Shown: one piece after another, positions 42,097 to 54,669 of the stretch | How positions within the stretch are numbered: position 1 is the first letter of the stretch | Layout of the letters: every line of letters begins with the position of its first letter | Assembly (NCBI RefSeq): GCF_964204645.1 | Contig: NC_134025.1 | Coordinates: forward strand, 6,386,001 to 6,450,000 | Origin: Tubulanus polymorphus | Lineage: Eukaryota; Animalia; Nemertea | DNA: 64,000 nucleotides | Direction: 5' to 3' | Program-made: the position numbers and the translations under genes | The notes under the pieces: model-generated | The model's input: the letters and a program-made list of their open reading frames with translations, nothing else | The model's database searches: none | Told to the model about the DNA's origin: nothing

Positions 42097-42387
42097 CCCC
42101 CTCCAAAAAATTTTTATTTCTGTATATTATTAATCAGGGAGGTCTGTAGAGTCAAAATAAATTACTATTGACAAAAAAAATTATTTATTCCAAGCCAAAA
42201 TTCTGATAATTTAGGGCCAATTTCCTCGATTCAAACCGACGGGTCGGCCATGTTTCCGCACTAATTACCACCTAAAAACATCTGAATAATATATCTGAAA
42301 GTAAGTTTTTTGGGTCAAAAGTTACTGATTTTGAATCCCTAGACCTCCCTGATAATAAATATGCTGAAATAAAAAATTTTGGGAGGG
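42097..42387. repeat. Imperfect inverted repeat (probable DNA transposon remnant)
   Basis: cccctccaaaaaatttttatttctgtatattattaatcagggaggtct mirrors agacctccctgataataaatatgctgaaataaaaaattttgggaggg. Confidence 0.7.
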
Positions 42388-42420
42388 CAAACTAATCCGT
42401 CAATATAATCACAAATAAAA

Positions 42421-42746
42421 CATCCTCGCTTGCCAGGGGTCAGGTATCACTCCCGAACTCGCTTCCACCAGCCCCCTGGCCTCACGAAGCGTGATTTCAT
42501 TACTGGCGCTGTTGCGTATGACGTCATTTATCGATTTGCGAAATACTTCCTTGTTCAGTAAAACGTTCGCTGATTGGTCTATTTAACGGGAAAACCAATA
42601 GAAGCCTAAAGTCGTTTGTTACAAGCGCTGTGATTGGTACGACCGGATTCTGGTCGGTTAGTAACGACTCCAACGACTCGTGAGGTCAAGGGGTTCGGCG
42701 AACAGCTTTAGCGTAGTGGGTTCGAATCCCTTGACGGGTGAAGATG
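42421..42746. mobile_element. MITE with CAT...ATG termini and 8-bp TSD (P- or hAT-type)
   Basis: Flanked by aaataaaa/aaataaaa; imperfect TIRs catcctcgcttgccagggg / cccttgacgggtgaagatg; the same left terminus recurs at about 22146. Confidence 0.7.
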
Positions 42747-42755
42747 AAATAAAAG

Positions 42756-43101
42756 AGGCCTTTTTATGAACACTCGATTAGTATATTCGAGTATGCAAAA
42801 CGTTTTTATGAGCATGGATTATGTCATAATCCGTCATTTTTATGAACATTTGTTATCATAATCGATTAGCATACTCAGCATACTCGCTCGGCGAGCAAGT
42901 AGTTCAAGACTTTATGCCGATTATCTAATCCAACCGATATGGTGTTCTCGGTAGAAGTCGCTGCTGAGTAGGCCATAATTGAATAATTTCTACCTGGCGT
43001 TTTTATCAGCCAACATACCCGGTTATGCAAATTGACACTAATCGGCTATTATAATCTAAATAGCTAATCTATTTCGATTTTGCTGGTTCATAAAAAGGCC
43101 T
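42756..43101. mobile_element. MITE with 16-bp TIR
   Basis: aggcctttttatgaac ... gttcataaaaaggcct. Confidence 0.75.
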
Positions 43102-43529
43102 AAGGAACACGGCCCGCCATGATGTCACACTAATTACCACCAAAAACCGTCCGACTACTATCATCTGAAGCGGGGTGTCCAGCGGGCGCAACGGAAAGGC
43201 CGCAAATGATACCATTTCAACCAGTAATTTAACACCCGTTCTTTGGATAAATGGAAAACAACATTACGGTGACAAAAACAGACACCACACAAAAATGAAG
43301 AGACAACAAATAAGGGGGCACCTCCATATTCACAATTCACATCCCAAAGAACAAGGACTCATTGGTGTAGATATTCCCCCCCCCCCCAATTTTCATGAAA
43401 CAACCACAAACAACTCATCAATTACTAATTCATAACAACTAATTTTATTTACGTACGGTACATAAAACAAAATTAATACAATCCTCAAATTTAATGCATC
43501 AGATTAAATAAGCAATCAAACCATGACTC

Positions 43530-43930
43530 CAGTACCGTACACACTCACTCTCACTCACAGTACACGCTTACACTCACACTAAATTATTAGACACTCTCAT
43601 TCTCACTCGTACTCAAACTACACACTCACTCTCACCTACGAGCAATTATCTAGTTTAGATAATTGCTCGAGCTCTCACAGTACCGTACACGCTTACAGTC
43701 ACTGACACTCACATTACACTCTCACTCAAACACTTTCACTCACTGACACTCACAGTACACACTCACTCACCGTACACGCTCACAGTCACTCACTCACAGT
43801 CTCACTCTCACTCAAACACTGTCACTCACTGACACTCACAGTACACACCCACTCTCACTCACTCTCTCGCACTCACAGTACAAAGTACACAGTACAAAGT
43901 ACACAGTACACTGTACACAGTACACTCAAT
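43530..43930. repeat. Degenerate CACT/ACACTC simple repeat
   Basis: Low-complexity array of acactcactctcactcacagtacac-like units. Confidence 0.9.
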
Positions 43931-43956
43931 CTTTTATCTGAATCTGTTCAACATTT

Positions 43957-44553
43957 TTTGAGGTGTAGTCATAGAGCTGCAGAGTTGTCTGTACATGTAC
44001 CACGTTCTATTTTTTTCAGTTGTTGAGGTGTCGAGGTGTAGAGCTGTAGAGTTGTCTGTACCAAAACCACATTCTCTCTATATCTTCGTCAGTTGTTGAG
44101 GTGTCGAGGTGTAGAGCTGCAGAGTTGTCTGTACATGTACCACGTTCTATTTTTTTCAGTTGTTGAGGTGTCGAGGTGTAGAGTTGTCAGTACCAAAACC
44201 ACATTCACTCTATATCTCTATCAGTTGTTGAGGTGTCGAGGTGTAGAGTTGTCTGTACCACTACCACATTCTCCCTATATCTCTGTCAGTTGTTGAGGTG
44301 TCGAGGTGTAGAGCTGTCTACCAAAACCACATTCTCTCTATATCTCTGTCACTGTCAGTTGTTGAGGTGTCGAGGTGTAGAGGTGTAGAGTTGTCTGTAC
44401 CAAAACCACATTCTCTCTATATCTCTGTCAGTTGTTGATGTGTCGAGGTGTAGAGCTGTCTACCAAAACCACATTCTCTCTATATCTCTGTCACTGTCAG
44501 TTGTTGAGGTGTAGAACTGTAGAGTTGTCAGTCATAAAAGCCAAGTTCTCTCT
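43957..44553. repeat. Minisatellite, about 9 units of 55-75 bp
   Basis: Repeated cagttgttgaggtgtcgaggtgtagag(c/t)tgtctgtaccaaaaccacattctctctatatctctgt. Confidence 0.95.
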
Positions 44554-44896
44554 TTATGATCATGTAGGCTATGTCGCACCGCCATCTATCCACCAGTCCT
44601 TTTTGGATTGCTAAGTATCGCCAGGTACCATCTATAGACAATTTACGGGAGCTTCCACCCGCTATAGTCCCCTATTCTTAAATCGCACCTCATCAGTGAT
44701 GTCATTATCAAGCGACAAGGTCATGCATCGATTTGTAGAATGGGGGAAAATTTGGAAAAATTCGGAAACTTCGGAATTTTATTCAAACTTATATTTCGTA
44801 TAAGAACATTTATTTTAAGTCATGCATCGTAGAAATTTGTCATTGAACTTAGTATTCACATTTCTATTTAAGTAAATTCACGAATACGTCAGAAGG

Positions 44897-47800
44897 TCAA
44901 ACATTAGCAGCGTTCATTGGTTCTAGTTCTGTAGATTTTGGGTTCGAGCGTCCTTCTTCGATTTTAGCCCATTCCTCTTCTTCACCTTTAGCGAAAATTG
45001 CGTAAATTATTGTCCCAAACGCGTAAAACGCTGCGCAAATATAGAATACTTTCCTCCAACTTTCCTGTGATCTCTGAAATTATTAACTTCAACGTAAGCA
45101 TCTTAATTCAATAAGATGCAGATCGAATGAACGAATATTCAGTAAAGTTTATTTGGAAATTATGGTTGTTTGATGGTGGTAATTCGAGTTTTTACCATTA
45201 CATGATTATTTCAGGAAAAAGAGATAAAACTTACATCCTGCGTAATATTACCAACAGTTATAGGAGCTAACATTCCCGGAATTGTGGCGCAAGTATTCGT
45301 TATACCCATGAATATACCTGCGTACCTGAAATGAAAGTTGATGAATTAAGTCCACTCATCGGCTGTCATTAGAAATCATATAATCTTGAGACACTTTTGT
45401 CAGTTTCTGAATTACATACCTTGGCGCAACATCGACGTGGTTAACTGTGTAACCGCATCTACTTAGTGCGCTAAATGTAACGGCTATTACTAAGAATGTT
45501 ACCGCTAACATCCTCTGCGTACAGTCTAGATATCCGGTACCTATCAAAAACGCTGCCGGTACCAAAAAAGCTTAAGGAAAAGATATACTCAGAAAGTTAT
45601 GAATAGGTAAACTGAAACGGGCACTTAAATTTTCTTTTTGTCACCTCACCTAATACTTGCAGGACTTTTCGTACTAAAGCCGTAGAGAATTTCGTTCGCA
45701 TAAAATCTGCGAATACGCCGCAACCGATTGAAGCAATAAACATAGTAACATATGGCAGTGCATTGAAGATACCATTCTAAAAGTGATAATATACAATATT
45801 TTTCTACTCACATAATTCAAAGAGTATCCCCTATTATTTTCAATCGATTTTACCTGTTTCATATCGAAGTAAAGAACATCTTTCATGTAAGTAGGGAGAC
45901 TTGTCATCATAGTGTACGAACCCCAATTGTTGCAAACATGGGCCACTAAGATCGCCCACAACGCGGAGCTTTTTAAGAAACTAAGCCACGGAATTACCTG
46001 ACCCTGCAAAATTGGGATGCATTGAAAAACCAGTGGTAAATTTGGCGACCAGAACGTCTGCCACGGGTGCGCAATGATATCAACTCACAATAATTCAGAA
46101 CATCGTCTATATTGCTCACAGTGAGTTTTCATGCTATGACGCATCCTCCATACAACCAAACCCATCAAAGTATTGAAAAATGTCAAATGAATTTACCTTG
46201 TGATCTGTACGCGATGTATGGGACAGTATGAAAGATCTCTCAATTTGACTTATTCTAGGATGAACTTCAGGAGAATCGAAAACGAACACAAACCATATCA
46301 CGCACCATAGAAGACTCAGACCACCTGCAGATATCAACTAAACATGGAATTGATCATTCATCCAAAGTGGGTATCTTAATGCGCTAATTTATTTGTAATT
46401 TGATTTGGGTGGTTTATTTTGAAAATAATTTTTACCTATTAAGTAGAATATGGATGGCCATCCAGTGTACTCGCATAGAACACCCGATACAAAGAAAGTA
46501 AATACATTCCCAACTATTGTTCCTACAAATCGAGTGAAAAAGTCAAATATTGAGCTGGATTTAGTTGCATATGCTGTTCATGACTTAGTAATCCGTGCAT
46601 GATACCTGAGTATGAAAAAGCAATGAGCTTCGTCCGTTCGTATACAGGGGCCCATCTAGCCCAAAGACCGTGCATAGCTGGAAATATCACGCCCTGTAAA
46701 AAAAATGTTTAGTTATTTTTGCGTACATGTATTTCCAAGATAAATAGAATCTAAACAAAATGACTGACCGTTCCGAGACCCATTATAAACCTTAGAAAAA
46801 TCGCCACATAAACATGGCCACGTGCTGCAACAGGTAGCAGTATCGTAGCAACGGAAGATAACGACACTCCAACACCGAATACTATTTTACTGCCGTACAA
46901 ATCAGCCAACCATCCTGCTGGAAACTGGGTGATTATGTAGCCCCAGAAAAATGATGACAGAACGTATCCCTGCATTTTACGGTCCCAATCGAACTCTCCG
47001 TCCTAAAAATGAAGGAGAATACGGAGTAAATTTTGGTCAGGACATAAAAGAAGGTTTTGCATCGGAAGAACAGTGGGGGCGGGCCCTCACAGATCTGCGC
47101 CTGACTTCGGAGAATACACGGCTGTGGTTTAAATGTCCATTCCATATTTTCGCCTCACTCGGCATTTTTATTTAGTTAACACTCATAAGATATAAGAAAT
47201 TCCTGGACTGAACTAACCTTCATTTTCTGTAAGGAGCTATTTGTTAAACCGCATCTTTCAGCGTCAACATTTACAGCTATCGTTAATTGTGTGTCGTTTG
47301 ATGACGACTCGTTCGGAGACGTCGGTGCCTTCACCATACAAACTATTGCTACGCTCATGTTGAATCTCATCGCGTAAGACCAAAGAAATCCAAAAAATGC
47401 GATATACGCCAACAAATATCGCTTAGACGACAGCGTTGGAACTGAAAATTCAACGACATTAGAAATACATATAAAAACCTAGATAATATACAATATGTAG
47501 AGTTTAAATTTGCCGGTCTGGCTTTCCTGTGTATATTGATTGATATCGTTTATTGTATTTCTATCTGAATATAAGAAATAAAACAAGGGTACAATTTTTC
47601 AAAACTTAGAATTTATATTCAAACTTAGCAATTTCGAGGAAAATAACGCTCTGGGACTAGTTTTCTTACTATCTTGTCTATGTTCGCTATCTATCAAATA
47701 TATTTTCTGATAAACTCAGTGGCTTCTCCATTGAACATGGCCAAAGAATAGGTCTATAGGAAATATTAGTTTATATAAGGATGAGTTTGAAAAGGAAGGT

Positions 47801-47947
47801 GAATTTTCGTTTCACCATTATATCGACCTTCGTCCCGGGTGACTCCATCTACATTATCTATATCAGATCAGTACCGGTAGATTGATAACTTACAGCTTAC
47901 TCAAACAAAATTTCTTACGAACCTGTATTGTGCCTTTCGTCAGCCAT
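44897..47947 (-). CDS. SLC17 / sialin-like MFS anion transporter, tandem copy 2
   Basis: First coding exon 47923-47947 (MADERHNT); same exon series as copy 1; ends ELEPMNAANV-TGA. Confidence 0.92.
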
Positions 47948-48523
47948 AATTCTACCTATGCCATAACGAAGCTTTATCGCAGCAGTTGGCCTAAAATTTG
48001 ACTTATATATAAATAGAGTGCAATCTACTTATCTCACAGTTTGAAAAGCGGTCCGTCCCGTGCATTTTCACTGATATCACTCCTACACATCGTTCGACAA
48101 TACTAACCAAGCAGCGTTCTGGTTCTGAAAAGTATACGCCCCTTTATAAACGGCAAAACAAGTGAATACTGGGTGCCCTGAAATACACAACACACTACAA
48201 CACTACAGATTGGGCGAAACGGAATATTTTGGAAACGATGAAAGAAATATTTCGTATATTTCTTGCCCTTTGATATTTATGTGTGAATATCAGTAACGCC
48301 TACCTCTAGTCAGTTCCGCCTGTCCTGATTTTTATGATGCTGATTTGCCGATTCATATTCCGATCTCATGTAAATATGGAATCTAATCAATCGCGCTTCA
48401 GTGAATGATAAAAAATGGCTCTTAACGAAAATGTTTATAGTGATATAGTTAGTATTCAATCTGGTCGTAAGTACCGATAAACCAATTTTTCTCAGTTTCA
48501 ATGTTTTACTGAAGGACCTCATT

Positions 48524-48599
48524 AGTACATTCTTTGAGGCGTAAACCGTGGTTTACTGATTGTGTGGACAGCAGCTATGAGCGGTTGTAGCTGACGAAC
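48524..48599 (-). pseudogene. Relic of the 3' end of calexcitin paralog B left by segmental duplication
   Basis: agtacattcttt...ggtttactgattgt...gtggacagcagctatgagcggttgtagctgacgaac matches 33021-33111. Confidence 0.8.
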
Positions 48600-48953
48600 A
48601 AGTTGTCCCACAGATATAGAAAGTGATAGATAGAAGCGACAATAAGGACTTTTTATTTAAATTTTATTCAAACTTTTATTTCGTATAAGAAAGTTAAACA
48701 CAGTCATCGTAGAAATTTGTCATTGATCTATTGCTCTTAGTATTCTTAGTACACAATATTTCATAAAGTATATTGTACCAGATTTCAGTTATGCTCCATT
48801 CTTACCTTAATTATGACTAACAGATAGAACTAAATAAAATGACTTTTAAAAATGTACACAATTCAACAAACCGAGCCCTTGAATAGAATATTAATACATA
48901 TATATGTAGTGTTATATATTTTTGAAAAAAAGATTTATAAAAACATCGAAAGG

Positions 48954-51900
48954 TCAAACATTAACAGTCTTCATTGGTTCAAGTTCTGTAGATTTTGGGT
49001 CCGAATGTTCTTCGATTTTAGCCCATTCCTCTTCTTCACCTTTAGCGAAAACAGCGTAAACTATTGCCCCTAATACGTAAAACGCAGCGCAAATATAGAA
49101 TACTTTCCTCCAACTTTCCTGTGATCTCTGCAATTATAAACTTAAACGTAGGCATCTTAATTCAATGAGATGCAGATCGAATGAAGGAATATTCAGTAAA
49201 ATGTATTTGGAAATTATGGTTGTTTGATGGTAGTAAGAGATTTCACCACTACATAAAAAAAGAGATTCGATTCTTTCATCTTCTGCGTGTAGGGGGTAGA
49301 TTATTTGAAAGGAAAGTCAAAACACTTAAACACTTACATCCTGCGTAATATTACCAACAGTTATAGGAGCTAACATTCCCGGAATTGTGGCGCAGGTATT
49401 CGTTATACCCTTGCATATACCTGCGTACCTGGAGTGAAGATTGATTAAATAAGTCCACCCATTGGCTGTCATTAGAAATCATATAATCTTGAGACACCTT
49501 TGTCGGTTACAAAATCATTACCTTGGCGCGATATCGACATGGTTAACTGAGTAACCGCATCTACTTAGTGCGCTAAATGTAACGGCTATTACTAAGAATG
49601 TTACAGCTAACATCCTCTGCGTACAGTCTAAATATCCGGTACCAATCAAAAATGCTGCCGGTACCACGAGAGCTTAAGAAAAAGGCATACTCAGAAAGTA
49701 ATCCATAGGAAAAACAGAAACTGGCGCTTAAATTTTCTTTTGGCACCTCACCTAATACTTGCAGGACTTTTCGCACTGAAGTCGTAGAGAACTTCGTTCG
49801 CATAAAATCTGCGAATACGCCGCAACCGATTGAAGCAATAAACATAGCAATATATGGCAGTGCATTGAAGATTCCATTCTAGAGATGAAAATATACAATA
49901 TGTTTCTACTCAAATAATTCAAAGAGTATCATATCCAGGTTTTTTCAATCGATTTTACCTGTTTCATATCGAAGTAAAGAACATCTTTCATGTAAGTAGG
50001 GAGACTTGTCATCATAGTGTACGAACCCCAATTGTTGCAAACATGGGCCACTAAGATCGCCCACAACGCGGAGCTTTTTAAGAAACTAAGCCACGGAATT
50101 ACCTGATCCTGCAAAATTGGGATGCATTGAAAAACCAGTGGTAAATGTGGCGACTAGAACTACATCCACGGGTGCGCTATAGTATCAACTCACAATAATT
50201 CAGAACACCGACTACATAGCTCACAATGAGTTTTCGGACTTGCGTGCACCCTACATAGCACCGAATCAATGGAAAGATATGTTGTAATGTATTTTTCTAT
50301 GAAATAAATCAAGTGAATTTACCTTTTTCTGATTTGTACGCGATGTATTGGACAGTATGAAAGATCTCTCAATTTGACTTATTCTAGGATGAATATCAGG
50401 AGAATCGAAAACGAGTACAAACCATATCACGCACCATAGAAGACTCAGACCACCTGCAGATATTCACTAAACATTGAATTGGTCATTCATCCAGGGTGGG
50501 TTGTGCTAATTAGGTTTTCATTTGTTTTGGGTGGTTTTATTTTTCTAAATGATTTTTACCTATTAAGTAGAATATGGATGGCCATCCAGTGTACTCACAT
50601 AGAACACCCGAAACAAAGAAAGTAAATACATTCCCAGCAATTGTTCCTACAAATCGAGTGAAGAAAAGTCACATAAGGAGCTGGATTTTGTTGGACATGA
50701 GGTTAGTTGCACGGTACCTGCGTATGAAAATGTAATGAGCTTCGTCCGTTCGTATATAGGGGCCCATCTAGCCCAAAGACCGTGCATAGCTGGAAATATC
50801 ACACCCTATTATAAACATAAAACGTGAAAAACGTTAGTTATTTTTAGTACATGAATTTCCAAGATAGATAGAATGTATGATCGACCAAAATGACTGACCG
50901 TTCCGAGACCCATGATAAACCTTAGAAAAATCGCGGCATATACATGGCCATGTGCTCCAACAGGTAACAGTATTGTAGCAACGGAAGATAACGACATTCC
51001 AACACCGAATACTATTTTACTGCCGTACAAATCAGCCAACCATCCTGCTGGAATCTGGGTGATTATGTAGCCCCAGAAAAAAGATGAAAGAACGTATCCT
51101 TGCATTTTACGGTCCCAATCGAATTCTCCGTCCTGAACAGAAAATGAGAATACGGATTGGATGTGAAATCTGCATTTCTGAAATTTGATTGAAGATATTT
51201 GAATATTCTGATAGAATGTACCTTCATATTCTGTAAGGAGCTATTTGTTAGACCGCATCTTTTAGCGTCTGCAGCTATCGTTAATTGTGTGTCGTTTGAA
51301 GACGACACGTTCGGAGACGTCGGTGCCTTCACCATACAAACTATTGCTACGCTCATGTTGAATCTCATCGCGTAAGCCCAAAGAAATCCAAAAAATGCGA
51401 TATACGCCAACAAATATCGCTTAGACGACAGCGTTGGGACTGAAAATTCAACGATTAAAATTACAAATGAAAACTAAACTTATGTAGACACATAATGTAG
51501 ATCGGAATTTGCCGGTCTGGCTTTCCTGTGTATTTATTGATTGATATCGTTTACGTGTATTAATTTCTTTCTGCATACATTGAAATAAAAGAATTAAGAG
51601 TACAAACTAGGTTATTCATAGGGAAACTTTTAGGGAAGATTTAGTCGGACCATTTGAAAATTATATGTCCATGTTCATGACATTTTTAATGTATATGTAT
51701 TATGCTAATTATATTCACATTTCATAACGATTAAACTACTCGGTATATTTTTTCATCTGTTATCAGATCGTTACTACCACATACGTATATGATATTCATA
51801 CAAAACAAAATGCTGCTACTTATTTCACTTACTCTTCATATTGTATATTCTATAGGGTCTCTACGGGCACAGCGGGAGTGGATTTAGGGTACCTCGCATG

Positions 51901-53079
51901 TCTCACGTGTGCACCCAAAAAATCTTAAATGTCTTCTTGGGAAGGCAGAATAAATTCGAAATGAATTTGAAAAACTTTTCAAATGTTTTATCAGGCAAAA
52001 TGAAGTTGTGCCATGAAAGTGTACCAAGAATATTTCAAAAACCCTTTGAATTTTCTTTATGCCATGAGGGATACGATCAATTGGCAATATAAAGGGCATC
52101 GGTTTTAAGCTTTGTTTTTCATGCAGGAATGTGCCTTTATCTGATAAAGTTGTGGCTACGCGCGTGCTGAAAGAGGCTGAACGTAAAATGTAAATGGCAT
52201 CAGTCTGGTTTCTTACAAAAAAAATCATAAGAAATGGTGGAAAATGTGCCACTTTCCGAAGAAAGTGCCCTTTTTCGTGAGGCTGTCGAAATCGGAGCCT
52301 GGATCTGCTCCTGCACGGGGATCACATTACAAATATCAGGCGCGGATCCAGGGACACTGTCGAGGGAGGGTAGCACAACTTATAAAAAGGACATTTGAAA
52401 GAGGGCATTTTGAAATAAAAAGGGCATTCTGAAATTTTGAAAATCTACTTTTTGCTGCAATTTCCAAGCAATTAAAGTCCTGACACGAAGTGCTTACGTA
52501 CTTGCAAATTAACTGCGTTGAGGTGTAGTTTCCGTGTAATAAAGACAAAATCTTGAAGAATGTGCTTTTTGTTTAGAATTATCTACCTCGTCTTGTAAAA
52601 AAGTGCCCTTTTCTAACTTGGGCATTAAAAAAGGCACGAGATTTTTGCGACGGAAGCACGTGTCTATGGTGCTACCGTCTGAATCCGCGCCTGAATATTT
52701 AAAGGCTACTCTTAAGTTTGAGGTTCTACGTTAAAATAACGCCCGCTGTTCCCACGAGTTTTTGCAGAAAGTCTATATGAAACACCAAGATTTTTCGGAA
52801 TATTTTTTTTAATCTAATAAATTCCTATGTAGTCAATGAATATATATTGTAATTCATTTTATTTCCTCTCGTAATAATAATCATGATTTTCATGGGTAGC
52901 TTCACCCAGGAGTCGATCTCGGAGTACTCGGCGCTCGTGCACTGAACCAGTTCAACAAAAAACTGACCCAACTTCCTTCCGACGGCCTTGACATACATGT
53001 ATTATCAAATTAGTACCGGTAGATACGTAGACGAAGAACAAATCTTTTACAAACCTGTATTGTACATTTCGTCGGCCAT
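48954..53079 (-). CDS. SLC17 / sialin-like MFS anion transporter, tandem copy 3
   Basis: First coding exon 53055-53079 (MADEMYNT); same exon series; ends [13 protein letters not shown]. Confidence 0.92.
51873..52313. mobile_element. hAT-like MITE (degenerate)
   Basis: Termini cgggagtggatttagg / cctggatctgctcctg. Confidence 0.55.
52337..52693. mobile_element. hAT-like MITE
   Basis: TIRs caggcgcggatccag / ctgaatccgcgcctg; aatat on both flanks; subterminal aaaagggca motifs. Confidence 0.75.
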
Positions 53080-53751
53080 TATTCTACCTATGCTTTCACA
53101 AAGCTTGATCACAACTAAAATTTAATTTACACACCTGTACGGTGGAAATCGAGACGCTAATGAGCTTATCTCATACATTTATTGTGCATTTTCATTGATA
53201 TCTCTCTACTTCACACAGATGTCGCATTTTTCTGTCTACATCATGCAGGGGCGTAGCCACAGCCAGTGCGACAGGCGACATATGTCGCACCAATAATTGA
53301 AAAACCCATTATGCTAAAACGTCAAAATGAACGTTATTCTGTATGGGGGTATCAAGTTCTTTTGAAGGTGTCAGTGGTGCTAATACGGAGGCGTTGGTAA
53401 TGCACTTGAGATTTTCGGTGTAGGCCACATCCAACCCAGTGACTCCAGCGAGTTTTGTTTATAGTGTTTACGGTATCACATCTGGACCATGCACCTGATC
53501 TCACGTATCAAAGTTGCCGAATTCAGAAGACTTTTTTCATATTACTTTAGAGCGACTCAAACCGGTATTCTTCTGGTTATATTTCACTGATTCTGTAGGT
53601 GTTTTTTGTTCATGAAAAATGGACCATAATAAGGGATTTGACCAAAAAAATTCTGCTCAAGTGCCGAGACATGGAAACCGAGAAAATCGAGAGAGTACCG
53701 GTATTGATGTACAATAAGCTAACATTAGTTTGGTATTCATCAATAAATGGT

Positions 53752-54103
53752 CAAGGGCAGATCCAGCCTACTACTTGTATCGAGGGGTACTCAGGTTTGC
53801 CCTTCTATTTTTCTAGTTCGTGATTTTGACAGGCTCTTGTACTAACATGAATGTTTTATTCCGGGCAAGTATTCTGGAAGTAGTATAGAAAATGGTCTAA
53901 ATGAATCTAAACGAAAATAATTAACTTCAAGGGGGATCGACATGCCCCAAATATGCTTAAAGATTGCAGCCTTGAAAAATAAAAATTTTCTGGGGGAGTG
54001 CCCCCAGGTCCCTCGTTTTGTGCTATGATATAGTTGCCCTTCCAGTTCAGCAGGACTCAGAAACCGCTCTGGGATGGTGATAAACATCTGGATCCGTCCC
54101 TAG
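53752..54103. mobile_element. hAT-like MITE of the same broad family
   Basis: Termini caagggcagatccag / ctggatccgtccctag. Confidence 0.6.
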
Positions 54104-54669
54104 ACCAAAGATAACCTTAGAGGCATTACATTATCTACAGAAAAATTATTCAAATATGAGTTCTCATAGCCATCAGAACGCATCTCAGACGTTTTAATCT
54201 TCAAAATTTTTCTTTTTCTTTCTAAAACTGTGGAGAGGTGAGGTGGGTTTATAAGGGATACCAAATCGCGATCTACCAATTAAATAACAGGTTCACTCCC
54301 TATTTTAAGATCAAGACGTTCCACCCTATGTTGGACCATTTCGTGATGGCAAACGAAGCGTGGTGGGGGTTACTTATGGGAACATGGTAAAATAAATGGT
54401 TCTTCGCAAGCGTTTACAATAATTTAGTTAGTGTTGATCCTCGTCGTACCGATGCACCAATCTTTCTCAGTTTCAATGTTTTACGGAAGGACCGCATTTC
54501 GTTGACTGATCGGGGACTAGATTTTAGACTGATCGGGGGCCGTCCAACTCATATCCATCGTGGGATAAATACAAGAAACAATATCGTAATCAACTATATT
54601 AAACATACGTGATTCTTTATTTGGCTCTGAATCGTACAATGTACAAAAAAAACTGATTTTAGAAATTAG

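Noticed and set aside
42700-42746. tRNA/SINE-like B box GGTTCGAATCCC
   Set aside because: No cloverleaf or convincing A box; it lies within the right TIR of a MITE.
43957-44553. CRISPR-like periodic array
   Set aside because: The inter-repeat sequences are variants of one another rather than unique spacers; eukaryotic context and no cas genes, so it is a minisatellite.
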